A stretch of 64,000 bases of DNA from Octopus sinensis (Eukaryota). The notes beneath the pieces were generated by a model. It did no database searches. It saw only the letters and a program-made list of their open reading frames with translations, and was not told where the DNA came from. Positions 11,781 to 25,737 of this stretch are shown piece by piece. How positions within the stretch are numbered: position 1 is the first letter of the stretch; each line of letters opens with the position of its first letter. Both the position numbers and the translations under genes were made by a program. The DNA is taken from positions 16,676 through 80,675 of the forward strand of contig NW_021833248.1 in assembly GCF_006345805.1 (NCBI RefSeq), written 5' to 3'.

Positions 11781-12515
11781 AAGTTGACTTGTTGGGAATC
11801 TTTTTTAACTTGTGTCTTATATCTATTGTTTAAATTTCTTTGAACTCGGAAATATATGAATGTTTACTGGGTTTGTAAAAGAGAGCAAAGCTACAGGAAA
11901 CCAAGAGACGAATGATCACAATAATCAGTCAGCTAGAAATTAGAAGGGCGTGACCCAACTGAAATAAAGATTAACAACTGTGTGACGTATGGGCTAAGGG
12001 GAAATGAAAGTGTCACCTCTGGGGTTTGCCAATAATCGCTATACCGATAGCTAACTGAACAGAATAAATTTGCAATCTATAAATCTATTTGAATGGCCAG
12101 TCACTTATCTGGAAAGGCCTTGAAATCAATGTTATCATCTGGGGACGATCTCAAAGAAGGTCTGCAACCAAATCACTTTACGCAAAATAACACTTTGCAA
12201 CTGAACCAGTGTAGGCTAACATGCCTCTCCTTAGTTGACTATTTATGAACCACTTTTCAGAAATCACAATCTAAGTATGTCTCAAAGCAAACTCTGACAC
12301 TGTTGTACCATTGAATAACAAATAACGCTCATCTTGTATGGTCGGGTGACTCTACAGCTTCCATGACTACTACTGTATTCGTCTTGGCCTGGGAAAACTG
12401 ACTAAATTGTGGGGGTTAGTCCCCTAGTAAGGGGTTTTACTAACTGCTATGAAGTTAAAATTTTAGGAATATTACTTCATTTATGTCTAATATCTATGGT
12501 AAAAATTACATGTAT

Positions 12516-12566
<51 letters not shown>

Positions 12567-12671
12567 TATATTATATTATATATATATATATATATGCACA
12601 TATACATACATGTATGTGTGTGTGCATATAAATATCATTTTATCACTATGATAGATAGCTAGCCAATACAC

Positions 12672-12830
12672 ATTATTTTCTCTCCTTGTTTCTTTCTGTG
12701 TTGCTTTCTGTCGCAGAGCATAGGCTCGAAACGTTAAAGACCTTTTCACTTCTCCAGCGTTAAACTAATACATATGTCTGTTGACTACAACACTTGTTTT
12801 CGCCTTTTGTTTTTTGCGAATTCTCTCCCT
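12672..12830 (+). mobile_element. Penelope-like pseudo-LTR-type short repeat with a hammerhead-like motif
   Basis: Homologous to 60240-60410 (tttctctccttgttt...gagcataggctcgaaacgt.aaagac...ctctccctatata), flanked by (TA)n. Family assignment is inferred from the motif. Confidence 0.55.
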
Positions 12831-12837
12831 ATATATG

Positions 12838-12915
<78 letters not shown>

Positions 12916-13274
12916 TATTACAAATTTGGGATTTTACCAACAGGATCACAACTTCAATTCCAGGACAACCTTATTTTCTGGAGTACACAGAAAGTTATAT
13001 CCCAAATACTAATCTAATAATATAATCATTTTAAAACCTACTATATCGTACGATAAAATAAATGACATCAGAATTAATGAAAAATTATTTCAAAAAATAT
13101 ATATATATGTATATATATACCTTACCCGTTATTAGTCTGTGGGGACAGAAGATAATATTAAACAACGCTACACGTGTTTCTGCGCTGGTGGTTTGTTGGA
13201 TCCTACTTAACCATACAAATTCAAAGATTTTTTCATTAAAGATGTTTTCATTAAAGACAAGAATATATATATAT

Positions 13275-13316
<42 letters not shown>

Positions 13317-14004
13317 ACTTCCTAATATAATTTTACAAAACTTAAAGATTTTAAATATTAAATAAATTAAAAATTCATAAGAATTTAATAAAATTAAACA
13401 CCTAAAAATATAATAACGATATATATATATATAGAAATGACTAAACATAAAGAAACCTTCATTGACTATTTTATAACCTCGTCAAATTAAACCACCCATC
13501 TATATAAACTTTGATAATTTTTTGTGAAATTTACCCCTATCAATACTAGTATATATTACCATTATTACAGTAAAAAACAGGAAAAAACAGGGAAAAACCT
13601 CTATATATGTTATAAATGTATTGAATAAATCTAGTAAATGAAAATATCTACCGCAATTAATAAAGGAAGAATATTTATCTGCATGTTTACTTCTTCTTTA
13701 ACCTGTGCAAATAGTTGAACCTTCTGTTCTGTGCTAAGTATTATGAGAATAAAAACACTACTCTAAAAACAAAAAATTCTTTAAGTCTAATATCATTTGA
13801 AAGGTTAAATTCAAGGGGAGATAATTATAAGATACTCTTTAGGTATATTTGGATTTTTCTCGTGTTAAAGATTTAGAGATTTATTTTATTTAATATGTGG
13901 CCAGTATAATCCTTTTTAAAGTAATATTCTTTACATTTATTCTTGCTTTTTGGTATATCCGTATCTAATACTATTATATTGTTCTATTAAAACTACTTTT
14001 AACC

Positions 14005-14057
<53 letters not shown>

Positions 14058-14073
14058 TGTATGTATGTATATA

Positions 14074-16009
<1,936 letters not shown>

Positions 16010-16010
16010 T

Positions 16011-16053
<43 letters not shown>

Positions 16054-16435
16054 CATACATACATACATACATACATACATACTACATACATACATACATA
16101 CATACATACATACATACATACAGAAAGGTAGATTGATAGATGCAATTGATTGTGCAAATGAAAATATAAGACACTGCTTTGAAGAATTTTTTTGTCGAAC
16201 GGATCGACCTCAGGGCTATTATATATTTTGATAAGCCTAGTAATTATTCTATCAGTCACTTCTTGTCAAACCAGTAAGTTACGGAGATGTAAATATACCA
16301 AAATCAGTTGTCAAGCAGTGATGAAGAAGAAACACAGACACAAAGACACACATACACTTAGATATATGCATATATATATACGATGGATTTCTTTCAGTTT
16401 CTGTTTACCAAATCCGCTCAGAAGACTTTGTTTGA

Positions 16436-16524
16436 TCTGAGGCCTTAGCAGAAGACACATAACAAGTTACCACACAGTGGGACTGCTTTGGAACCAAGTT
16501 TCTTACCACTCAGCCACACCTGCA

Positions 16525-16527
<3 letters not shown>
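16436..16527 (-). mobile_element. tRNA-derived SINE head (truncated)
   Basis: Reverse complement GTGTGGCTGAGTGGTAAGAAACTTGG...CAGTCCCACTGTGTGG; A-box-like and degraded B-box; similar to the SINE heads at 16857 and 17326. Confidence 0.6.
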
Positions 16528-16571
<44 letters not shown>

Positions 16572-16576
<5 letters not shown>

Positions 16577-16739
16577 CATGCTTTAAATAAAAGCAGCAGA
16601 AATATAACAAAAGCTGTTACTTAGAGTTTCACATTCCCGTTCGTAAAATGGAACAGAAATAACGATAAAGCATATTACTCTATCTCTGGTATTTGAGTAC
16701 TCTTTTTTCCACCTTGTTTCGTATTTATGTGCGTACTCC

Positions 16740-16745
<6 letters not shown>
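16572..16745 (-). mobile_element. Penelope-like pLTR fragment (inverted partner at 17082-17230)
   Basis: Shares ctggtatttgagtact...ttttccaccttgttt...tactccgg with 20300-20355, and is the near-exact reverse complement of 17082-17230. Confidence 0.7.
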
Positions 16746-16789
<44 letters not shown>

Positions 16790-16856
16790 ATATATATATA
16801 ATATATATATATATATTATATATATATATAGATATATATATATATATATATATATA

Positions 16857-16955
16857 GGAATGGTTGTGTGGTAAGTAAGTTTCTTACTAACCAGATAGTT
16901 CTGGGTTCAGTCCCATTGCATGGCACCTTCGGCAAATGTCCTCTACTATAACCTC
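16857..16955 (+). mobile_element. tRNA-derived SINE head
   Basis: TGTGTGGTAAGTAAG (A box) and GGGTTCAGTCCC (B box), followed by ggcaccttcggcaaatgtcctctactata. Near-identical copy at 17326. Confidence 0.7.
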
Positions 16956-17081
16956 TATATGTATGTATGTATGTATACATATACATATGTAACATGTGCA
17001 CACACACATATATATATATACACATATATACATTCATATGAATATTTATACATATACACATATTAATACCTTAATATATAT

Positions 17082-17230
17082 AAGGTGGAAAAAAGAGTAC
17101 TCAAATACCAGAGATAGAGTAATATGCTTTATCGTTATTTCTGTTCCATTTTACGAACGGGAACGTGAAACTCTAAGTAACAGCTTTTGTTATATTTCTG
17201 CTGCTTTTATTTAAAGCATGTTCATATATA
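17082..17230 (+). mobile_element. Penelope-like pLTR fragment with decayed hammerhead core
   Basis: Reverse complement of ~16568-16715. Contains tttacga-ACG GGAA CGT-GAAACTCTAAGTAACAG, a degenerate version of the motif at 20214. Confidence 0.65.
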
Positions 17231-17325
17231 AAATTATATAGAACAAAATTAAATATACGATAAAACATTTACTTATAATTAAGTAAAGTACAAAATAATA
17301 AATAAATAGTATATATATATATATA

Positions 17326-17520
17326 GGAATGGTTGTGTGGTAAGTAAGTTTCTTACTAACCAGATAGTTCTGGTTCAGTCCCATTGCATGGCACCTTGGT
17401 CAGATGTCCTCTACTATAACCTCTGGCCGCCCAAAAGAGACCGATAGAATAAGTACAGCGTTTACAAAGAATAAGCCTTGGGGTCGATTAAATTGGTTGT
17501 CCAATATGACCGCAGACAAA
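17326..17520 (+). mobile_element. tRNA-derived SINE
   Basis: Same head as 16857 plus body/tail (gatagaataagtac...ggggtcgatt...gaccgcag...aaatgaaac). Confidence 0.7.
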
Positions 17521-17777
17521 TAAATGAAACAAGTTAATAAATAAAGGAATGTATATATATATATATACATATGTATATTTGAGTAGAAAAATGAAATATC
17601 TTTTTATGGATAATTCGTTTAACCGATACCTGGGTAGAAAATTCACATCAGAAATAACACGGTTGAAGTTACGTGCCTAGGGCAGAGACTACGTGTTTTC
17701 GTGTGGAAATTTGTGTCTATTTTTATAAAATTTATGAATAAATGAAAGAATGGAGTTGAACGACAAATTAACAAATT

Positions 17778-17874
17778 TCCTTTATTTTCGACATATGTTT
17801 CGAAGGCTGCATATTCCTAATTGTGAAGGAATAAGGAGTACATTATGCCGCTTTCTCATCAGGAAAAACAAGGA
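17778..17874 (-). ncRNA. Type I hammerhead ribozyme motif (GUC) in the left palindrome arm
   Basis: Reverse complement of 17953-18049. Confidence 0.75.
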
Positions 17875-17952
17875 ATTTATGTCAACATCAAGATTCCCAA
17901 AAACTTTTAGATGACTGCTGTCACGGAGCAGAATCTTGATGTTGACATAAAT

Positions 17953-18049
17953 TCCTTGTTTTTCCTGATGAGAAAGCGGCATAGTGTACTCCTTATTCCT
18001 TCACAATTAGGAATATGCAGCCTTCGAAACATATGTCGAAAATAAAGGA
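17953..18049 (+). ncRNA. Type I hammerhead ribozyme motif (GUC) with extended stem II and palindromic stem III
   Basis: CTGATGA 17965-71; stem II GAAAGCGGCATA/TATGCAGCCTTC (10 of 12 paired); GAAA 18026-29; stem III ACATATGT palindrome; GTC cleavage triplet ending 18037; stem I TTTTC/GAAAA plus a further 5 bp. Confidence 0.78.
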
Positions 18050-18099
18050 AATTTGTTAATTTGTCGTTCAACTCCATTCTTTCATTTATTCATAAATTT

Positions 18100-18141
<42 letters not shown>

Positions 18142-18185
18142 ATATATATATACTTTATTTAAAGCAGCAGAAAATTCAACAATAT

Positions 18186-18223
18186 CTGTTACTCTGAGTT
18201 TCTCGTTGCCGTTCATCAGACAG
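18186..18223 (-). ncRNA. Minimal type I hammerhead ribozyme motif (GUA) in the 3' pLTR
   Basis: Minus strand CTGT-CTGATGA-ACG GCAA CGA-GAAA-CTCAGAG-TA-ACAG. Stem I 4 bp; stem III ACTC-A-GAGT quasi-palindrome; stem II 2 bp + GNRA loop with an A.A closing mismatch. Confidence 0.65.
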
Positions 18224-20213
18224 TTTTTGCTAGAATGGAACTGATATATCAATTCAATCCAGACTCTTACAAACGCTACACCTTTAAAAAAAATGGACTT
18301 GTTTGATTGGCCCTTTAGAAATAACGGTCAATCTTCGAGCGATAAACAAAAAAATGAGCTCAAAAATATATGTATATATATATAAAAAAATTTTAAAAAT
18401 TATAAAAATTATATAATTCGAGGAAAAAACCTTACATTGAATAAAATACATATTGACGTTAATGAAGGAAATATAATTAATGCATGGAAATTAAAAGCAT
18501 TATAAATATTACACTGCAATACATATTCATATTAAAGTGTACATATATATATCAACATACACAGAAGGATGCGTGCAAACGCCATACATATACAGACGTA
18601 TAAATATAAATCTAAAATATACACACCAATGCATGCATACATATATGTACGCAATCTGTCTCGCACGCAAGTTAAAATCATCGATGCTAATGTAGCGTTT
18701 CTTATTTACGGAGTAAAGCTTAAGTAAGGGGGACGCAAAGTTGTATGTACCAGTATCAGTTAGAGAAAAAAAAACGAAAGAAAGGAAGAGAGAGAAAAAG
18801 GAACGAAGAAGGGGGAAGGAAAAAAGAAAAAGGAGGGGTGGGGTAAAAACGAAATAAGAAAAATTAAGTATACAAGCTGTGTAACCGCGTTATTGACATA
18901 TATAGAGACAAGTATAAAAATACACAAGTTCGAATGGATACATACACATACACTCGCGTATGTGTGTGCTTAAGCACAAACATACGCTCACTTACACAGA
19001 CACAGAGACGTATGCTTACAAATACATATCCATGGCTATACACATATTTACATCAAAATTCTAAGTTTTGACAACATTGCTTTTTAAAAAAGGTGAGTGC
19101 AATAATGAAAAATATACGAAAGACATATAAAAATATAACACCCTATGTTGGATCATCTATAAATTAAAAATCAAGGTAATCCTATACAATACAATAACAT
19201 GAAATAATCAAAGCCGAAGGTTTTTCCTAATGTATATGTAGAAATATAAACAAAATAAACAAAATATATGCATGAGACTTTGCTATACGGAATGAAATCT
19301 GCATAGCGCGTAACAAATCCATCGTCGCGTTTACATACTAGTCCAAGAGTCAAAATCAATATTTCAAAAATCAAAAATACAAAATATATACTCTATCTAT
19401 ATGGTATATTATATTTGACATTTTAAATTTGGTTGCGTGCCTACATAAGTTCATTAGCTCACTTCTTTGATTCAAAGAATTATTGTCTTTGAATAAAATA
19501 TACAGTTTCTCTAATAGGCAAAGCTTGCATTAAAAATTATTTCTGTGTGCTCCATGCCTGTATGGTGCCGCTCTATCCAGAATGCTCCATGTCACGTTGA
19601 AAGGTGGGGTTTCCTTTCCTTTTAGTTCCCAGACATATTTTGCTAGGCTGGTCCTCTTCCTATTCTCTGGGTATCTAAATGAATTTTTATGTGAATAAAA
19701 TCGTGTTTTAAATGAATTTTCTGAAGCCCCTGTATATGTCTTGTATTCCGATGAGCCTTCTATTTGCACCTTGGCTCTATAAACTACTCCTTTAACTAGA
19801 CATTTCCCTTCTAACGGACACGAGTTTTCGTTTTTGAAATTGCATTTCTTAATGGGCTCGGCACCATGTCTAATCTCAATCAGATTCCTAGTATGCTGGC
19901 TAATGTAAGAGGCGAAATTTCTGCAACAAGAATAGCTAACCTTCAGGGTTCTTCTATTAAATATCCTATAGAATTTATGGCCCTGCTTAAAATGCTTAGA
20001 GACTAATCTCAAAAATGCCTTACCTATATTAGTCTTTACGGCCAAATTGAAAGCCCATTCGTTTTTTTCTCTAACTGATACTGGTACATACAACTTTACG
20101 TCCCCCTTACTTAAGCTTTACTCCGTAAATAAGAAACGCCACATTAGCATCGATGATTTTAACTTGCGTGCGAGATAGATTGCGTACATATATCGGTTCC
20201 ATTTTAGCAAAAA

Positions 20214-20251
20214 TTGTCTGATGAACGGCAACGAGAAACTCAGAGTAACAG
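20214..20251 (+). ncRNA. Minimal type I hammerhead ribozyme motif (GUA) in the inverted pLTR
   Basis: CTGATGA 20218-24, GAAA 20235-38, ACTCAGAGT 20238-46, GTA 20245-47, stem I TTGT/ACAG. Confidence 0.62.
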
Positions 20252-20448
20252 ATATTGTTAAATTTTCTGCTGCTTTAAATAAAGCATATTTCTCTACCAC
20301 TGGTATTTGAGTACTATTTTTTCCACCTTGTTTCACATTTATGTGTTTACTCCGGTATATATATATATATATATATATACGTTACCTATTATGCGTATAT
20401 ATATCAAGTTTATATTTCTGTGCGTGCGCATGTGTTCATGCATGTATG

Positions 20449-20482
<34 letters not shown>

Positions 20483-20496
20483 TATATGTATGTATG

Positions 20497-20535
<39 letters not shown>

Positions 20536-20959
20536 CTATAAAACAATACTGGGAGGATAGAGACGGAACGAAGTGAAAATTCGAAAAGTCGAAAATTCGA
20601 ACGAACCCGACGCGAGCGCTGTCAGACAATAGTGTAATAAATAAAATATATGCATACATACAAACATATATGTACGTACCGACATCTACATGTATATATA
20701 CATGCATATATAAATATATATACGTACAGGACACCACAAAAAGTCGTAAAACTCAACAGAAACGAAAACGGAAAAGCCGTTTTGTTACAACAGACGGACG
20801 AGAACGAAAACAGGAAAAACATTAAGTACAACAGAAAAACGAGGTACAGGACATGCTACACAAGGAAAAATCCCCTTCATCAGCTGTCACTAGCAGACAT
20901 AGCGTGTTTCGAAGGCAAGACAGGACACGTTTGGCCATGCTAGGCCTTCCTACGAGAGA

Positions 20960-23900
20960 ATTAAAATAAAATAATCTCGCAGAGGGGTAAAACAAGCAAG
21001 AAAAAATGTAACACAAAAAGGGACGTAACAAAGAACTGCACAATAAAATACAAGAACAAAATACCAGTATTCAACCCAAGAATAACAATGGAGCGGTACG
21101 TACTTTAAACTTACAACAAAAAATGTACGGAAAGCTACACGTGCGAAATAATGTGACAACAGAAATGAACGGACCGATACCCTACGAAAATGACGACCGT
21201 CAAAATAATGGGCCGGGCGTTGTTCCTCATGTCCCGCAAATAAAACCCAAAAGACATAAATGGACACATTTCTATCTTACACGCATACTTCACAGCAGTG
21301 CTCTACCCAAAAAATGAAGAGACAACAACACATATGGAAGGAAAATAACATAAATATAGACTTGGATACAGCAATGAACCCTAATAAATTAGCTAACGTA
21401 CGAAGATACATTCTCGAAGCAAAAGAAATATCAGAAATAGAAATAGAACATCTAAAAGAAAAAATACACAAGGAAAATGTAGATAGAAGCCACACAACAA
21501 TACCCAATAATATAAACACTGAAATAGTAAAACACGAAGACAAACGAAACATTCCCAACAAACACGATGTAAACAACGAAGGGGAGCCTAATGATTATGA
21601 TAATATAAAAAGTAAAATAATCAAAGAACTGAAAACCACAGAGCTCAAAATGGCCCACCGACCATACCTCCCAAGAATCAAAATAGACGAAACAACAACA
21701 CCAATTATAAACAGCATAAACCTAACCGTCACTGAACTAATAGCCACTGAAACAAAAAGCGATATCACTGAGCTAAATGACTTAGTATACGCAGCAGCCA
21801 CTGCAGCCACAGAAGAAGCTGGATACTCACTCAAACCCATCCAAACAGGAGTACCAACACCCAAACAAACCCTGTGGATAAATAACATCCAAAACAAAAT
21901 ACAAAAAATGAGAAAAGATCTGTCGATTCTTAATGAAATCAGCAGACAATCAACGCTACTGAGCAACAAAAAGAAAACAAAAATACTCCGCAAATATAAC
22001 ATCACAGAAAAAGATTTACCTGAGATAAAAGAAAAGCTGAAGCAAGATATCCTTGCCAAAGCACAAAGAATCCGCCGGTACGAGAACCGCCAGCGCTTCT
22101 TTGAACAAAACAAAAAGTTCAACTCCAGCCCCAAAAAGTTCTACCAAGAACTTGGCAAAAATAAAATAGAAATCACTGCAGCACCAACGGCAGAAGAAGT
22201 GGAAGAATTCTGGAGAGAAATATGGTCGGCGAACGAACAACCAAAAGAAAGGAGTATCAAAATAACAAACTCGGCATCTGAACAACTTTGGATCACCATA
22301 ACAACTGAAGAGGTCACCCAGGCACTGCAAAGACTAAGCAACTGGAAGGCACCTGGGCATGACAAGATCCCCAACTTCTGGTTGAAATATCTAACAGGAA
22401 TGCACAAAAAGCTGGCTGAAAACTTTAACAACATGCTAGCAGAGCCAGAGACAAGGCCTGAATGGCTCACGAAGGGGAAAACCATCTTAATTCCCAAATC
22501 AAATGAGACAGCAAAACCAGAAAACTACATACCAATAACCTGTCTCCTTACAATGTTCAAGGCATTTACTGCAGTGATATCGCAAAGGTTGAACAAGCAC
22601 CTGGACGAAAACAAACTGTTCCCAGAAGAGCAGAAAGGATGCCGCAAAAGCTCATATGGCTGTAAAGATCAACTAATGATTAATAAAGCCATAACTGAAG
22701 ACAGCCACAGAAAGAAGAAAGGCCTCAGTATGGCCTGGATCGACTACAAAAAGGCGTTTGATAGCATCCCCCACACATGGATCCTCGAAACACTAGCCAT
22801 TAACAAAGTAGCACCAACAATCATAAAATTCATAGGGCACTCTATGAATAAATGGCAAACAGTCCTACACCTCCAAACAAAAGAGGGACTCATGAAAACC
22901 AAAGACATCCCCATTAGAAAAGGAATATTCCAAGGAGACACGCTCTCTCCACTCCTTTTCTGCTTGGCACTGTCACCCCTATATGATTTGCTAAATAGAA
23001 CTGGATGTGGATATAAATGTTACGGCAAAACGATCAGCCACCTTTTATATATGGATGACCTAAAACTATACGCTGCAAATGACAACAGCTGGAAACACTA
23101 TTAAAGACAGTTCATGGATTTACCAAAGAAATAGATATGAAATTTGGATTAGAAAAATGCGCCAAAGTAACCCTGAAAAGAGGAAAACTAGTGAAGAGTA
23201 GCAGCATCACACTAGATAAAACCAATGAAATAAAAGAATTAGACCAAAGCCAAACTTACAAATACTTAGGAATCCATGAACTAGATAAGACACAACACAC
23301 ACAAATGAAAGAGAAAATAAAAAAAAGAATATTATAGACGAGTTAGCTCAATACTAAAAACAGAGCTCAATGCTAAAAACAAGATAATAGGTATTAACAC
23401 TTTAGCTGTCCCAGTTATAAGTTACAGCTACAATATCCTTAACTGGACACTAAATGAACTGACCAAAATAGATAGGAAAACAAGAAAAATAATGTCAGAA
23501 TCTAGGATGCCTCACCCAAACTCTGACATAGAAAGACTATACATACAACTTATAGAAGGTGGTAGAGGCCTTATACAACTGGAAAACTACTATAAAATAA
23601 CCACCATAGGATTGCAAAAATATCTACTTCAGAAGGAAGAAAAACTGATACAAATAGCGGCAAAACACGAGCAAAACAAAAAATTGTTGTCAGTATTTAA
23701 GGAAGCTGACAAATACAAACAAGAAATCATACCACCTAATAAATATGAAGAAGAAGAAGAAGATGAAGAAACAACAAAAGCTATAAAACAAATGAAATCC
23801 AAACTAAAAATAGAACAGCAACGAACCATGATAAAACGATGGCAAGAAAAACCCCTTCATGATAAATACTGCACTAAACTAAACGCAAAAGAAATAGACA

Positions 23901-24636
23901 AAGAAAAATTCCAGCAATGGTTGAGAAATTACCCAAAACATGTAATGAAAAGAAATATAACAAGTAACTGCAGAATATGTGGAGATGGACAAGAAACAAA
24001 AAAATCATATTATCTCTAGCTGACCAGTCCTGGCTAAGAAGGAATATATTCACAGACATGACAGGGTTGGAACCTACATACACTGGAAGCTATGCCAACA
24101 TTATGGAAAAACAACAGAAGAAAGATGGTATAGGCACACACCAGAAAATGTCACAGAAAACGAGAAAGCAGCCATACTCTGGGATATGCCGATACACACA
24201 GATAGAGAAATTAAGGCCAACAGACCAGATATAGTTGTCAAAGATCATGAAGAAAAAAATGCTTTCTAATTGATGTATCAATACCGGCTGATGACAACGT
24301 GTCTCTAAAAGAAATGGAGAAACTCTCAAATTACAAAGACCTGGAAATAGAGGTAGCCAGAATGTGAAATCTAAAGACAGAAACAATTCCTATCATAGTA
24401 GGTGCATTAGGCATGATAAAAAAATATTCAGACAAATACATAACAAAAACACCAGGACTTACAAACACATATAACATACAGAAAATTGCACTACTAGGCA
24501 CTGCACACATCCTACGCAGAACACTTTCCATACAATAACCATCAGAGCATCACAACAAATCACAGCACATACCCAAGGCACACAGAGCTGCGCTCGGTAG
24601 TAAAGTGATAGCACGCTATAAAAATAAAACTACTGA
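20960..24636 (+). mobile_element. Degenerate near full-length R4/Dong-clade (RLE) non-LTR retrotransposon, family a
   Basis: RT: GCRKSSYGCKDQL, WIDYKKAFDSIPH, GIFQGDTLSPLLF, HLLYMDDLKLY, FGLEKCAK, YKYLG. Zinc knuckle remnant CRICG. RLE: RPDIVV...LIDVSIP...EKLS.YKDLEIE...IPIIVGALG...ALLGTAHILR. Ends in (TAA)n. Several stops and frameshifts; the 5' UTR may extend to ~20550. Confidence 0.88.
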
Positions 24637-24681
24637 ATAATAATGATAATAACGATAATAATAATAATAATAATAATAATA

Positions 24682-24733
<52 letters not shown>
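24637..24733. repeat. (TAA)n tract, one of several separating R4-type elements (also ~25615-25735, 26658-26752, 27632-27745, 28668-28755)
   Basis: Directly visible. Confidence 0.95.
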
Positions 24734-24734
<1 letters not shown>

Positions 24735-25580
24735 TAGGGTTTCTTCATAGCCAACAAGAGAGAAGAAACCCTATTCCATATGGAATTACATGGTAAGTTC
24801 CACCGTGAAACCAACAAATTAAAAGACCAGGAAGCATCATAGAGGTGACTTAACAAGGGTGACCAAAAAAGGATAGTAAAAGCCTAATCATCGCTACCCA
24901 GTATCAGGCATTAAATACCAATTCAACGAAAAATAACATATAACAAACAAGCGCATCGGACCTTTGCAGCATTGTGGGAAGAGGTCGAAAATGGGAAACA
25001 CATTTTTAGTATTTGTGAAAGACTTGCCCAGGAAGGGTACTAGCGTTGACACTACAAAGTAGCCCCAAACCTCCACTGGCCACTATGCCGTAAGTATGGA
25101 TATGAGGTTACTGAGTTCAAGGGTGCTTCATACCAACATACACCGGAAAAGCAATGGACGAAAAAAGGGAAGGCAAATCTCCTCTGGGACATTTCCAGAT
25201 AGGCAATGTGTTAGAGCAGCGAAGGCTAGATAGAGTAATATTTAGGTGGGACAACCAAGAGTGTCTAATAGTCGACGTAGCAGTGCCAGGAGATCAACGT
25301 ATCATGAAAGAAAGAGAAACAGTTGATAAATATGGCGACCTGAAAACTGAGATACGAACATAAAGGTTATCCCTATTGTTATCGGAGCATTAGGTTCAAT
25401 ACCATCTAATCTGAAAAAACATCTGAAAACTTTAGAGATACCCTACAATCTAGATGTATTGCTAAAGTCGGCACTATTTGGAACTTCATGCATATTGCGT
25501 GAAGTACTGTCTGCCTGAAGCCCTTGTTGTAAATTGACGGATAGTGCAAACTCCCCAGTAGACACAATATAATCAATCAA
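24734..25580 (+). mobile_element. R4/Dong-type 3' fragment, family b (second copy 26753-27590)
   Basis: GFFIANKREETLF, ECLIVDVAVPGD...KYGDLKTEI, PIVIGALG, KSALFGTSCILREVL; RLE-domain remnants bounded by (TAA)n. Confidence 0.75.
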
Positions 25581-25647
25581 CCACCTCACGATATGTTATA
25601 CTGTGCGACATATATAATAATAATAATAATAATAATGATGATAATAA

Positions 25648-25735
<88 letters not shown>

Positions 25736-25737
<2 letters not shown>

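Larger units (their letters stand above)
17722..18105. repeat. Near-perfect inverted repeat, 175-bp arms, 34-bp spacer
   Basis: 17722-17896 is the reverse complement of 17931-18105 with one mismatch seen (cattatg vs cactatg). Confidence 0.95.
18153..20355 (-). mobile_element. 5'-truncated Penelope-like element (GIY-YIG endonuclease) with inverted pseudo-LTRs
   Basis: FNLAVKTNIGKAFL...IFNRRTLKVSYSC...CPLEGKCL..VVYRA...TYTGASENSFKTRFYSHK...SLAKYVWELK; after a frameshift, CKLCLLEK...LNQRSELMNLCRH (~19410-20055). 18153-18250 plus 18641-18780 is the reverse complement of 20058-20285. Confidence 0.88.

Noticed and set aside
11800-12420. Possible Penelope RT remnant on the minus strand
   Set aside because: Only vague similarity; no diagnostic motif could be read.
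13160-13215. Minus-strand GAAACACGTGTA (hammerhead-like stem III + GUA)
   Set aside because: No CTGANGA core or convincing stem II upstream; at best a decayed remnant.
16857-16930. Possible tRNA gene
   Set aside because: Has A/B boxes but no complete cloverleaf and continues into SINE body sequence.
20870-21000. Possible HDV-like ribozyme at the R4 5' UTR, or a minus-strand hammerhead (CTGATGA and GAAAC...GTC present)
   Set aside because: Could not build the nested double pseudoknot, and the hammerhead halves do not give consistent stems I and II.
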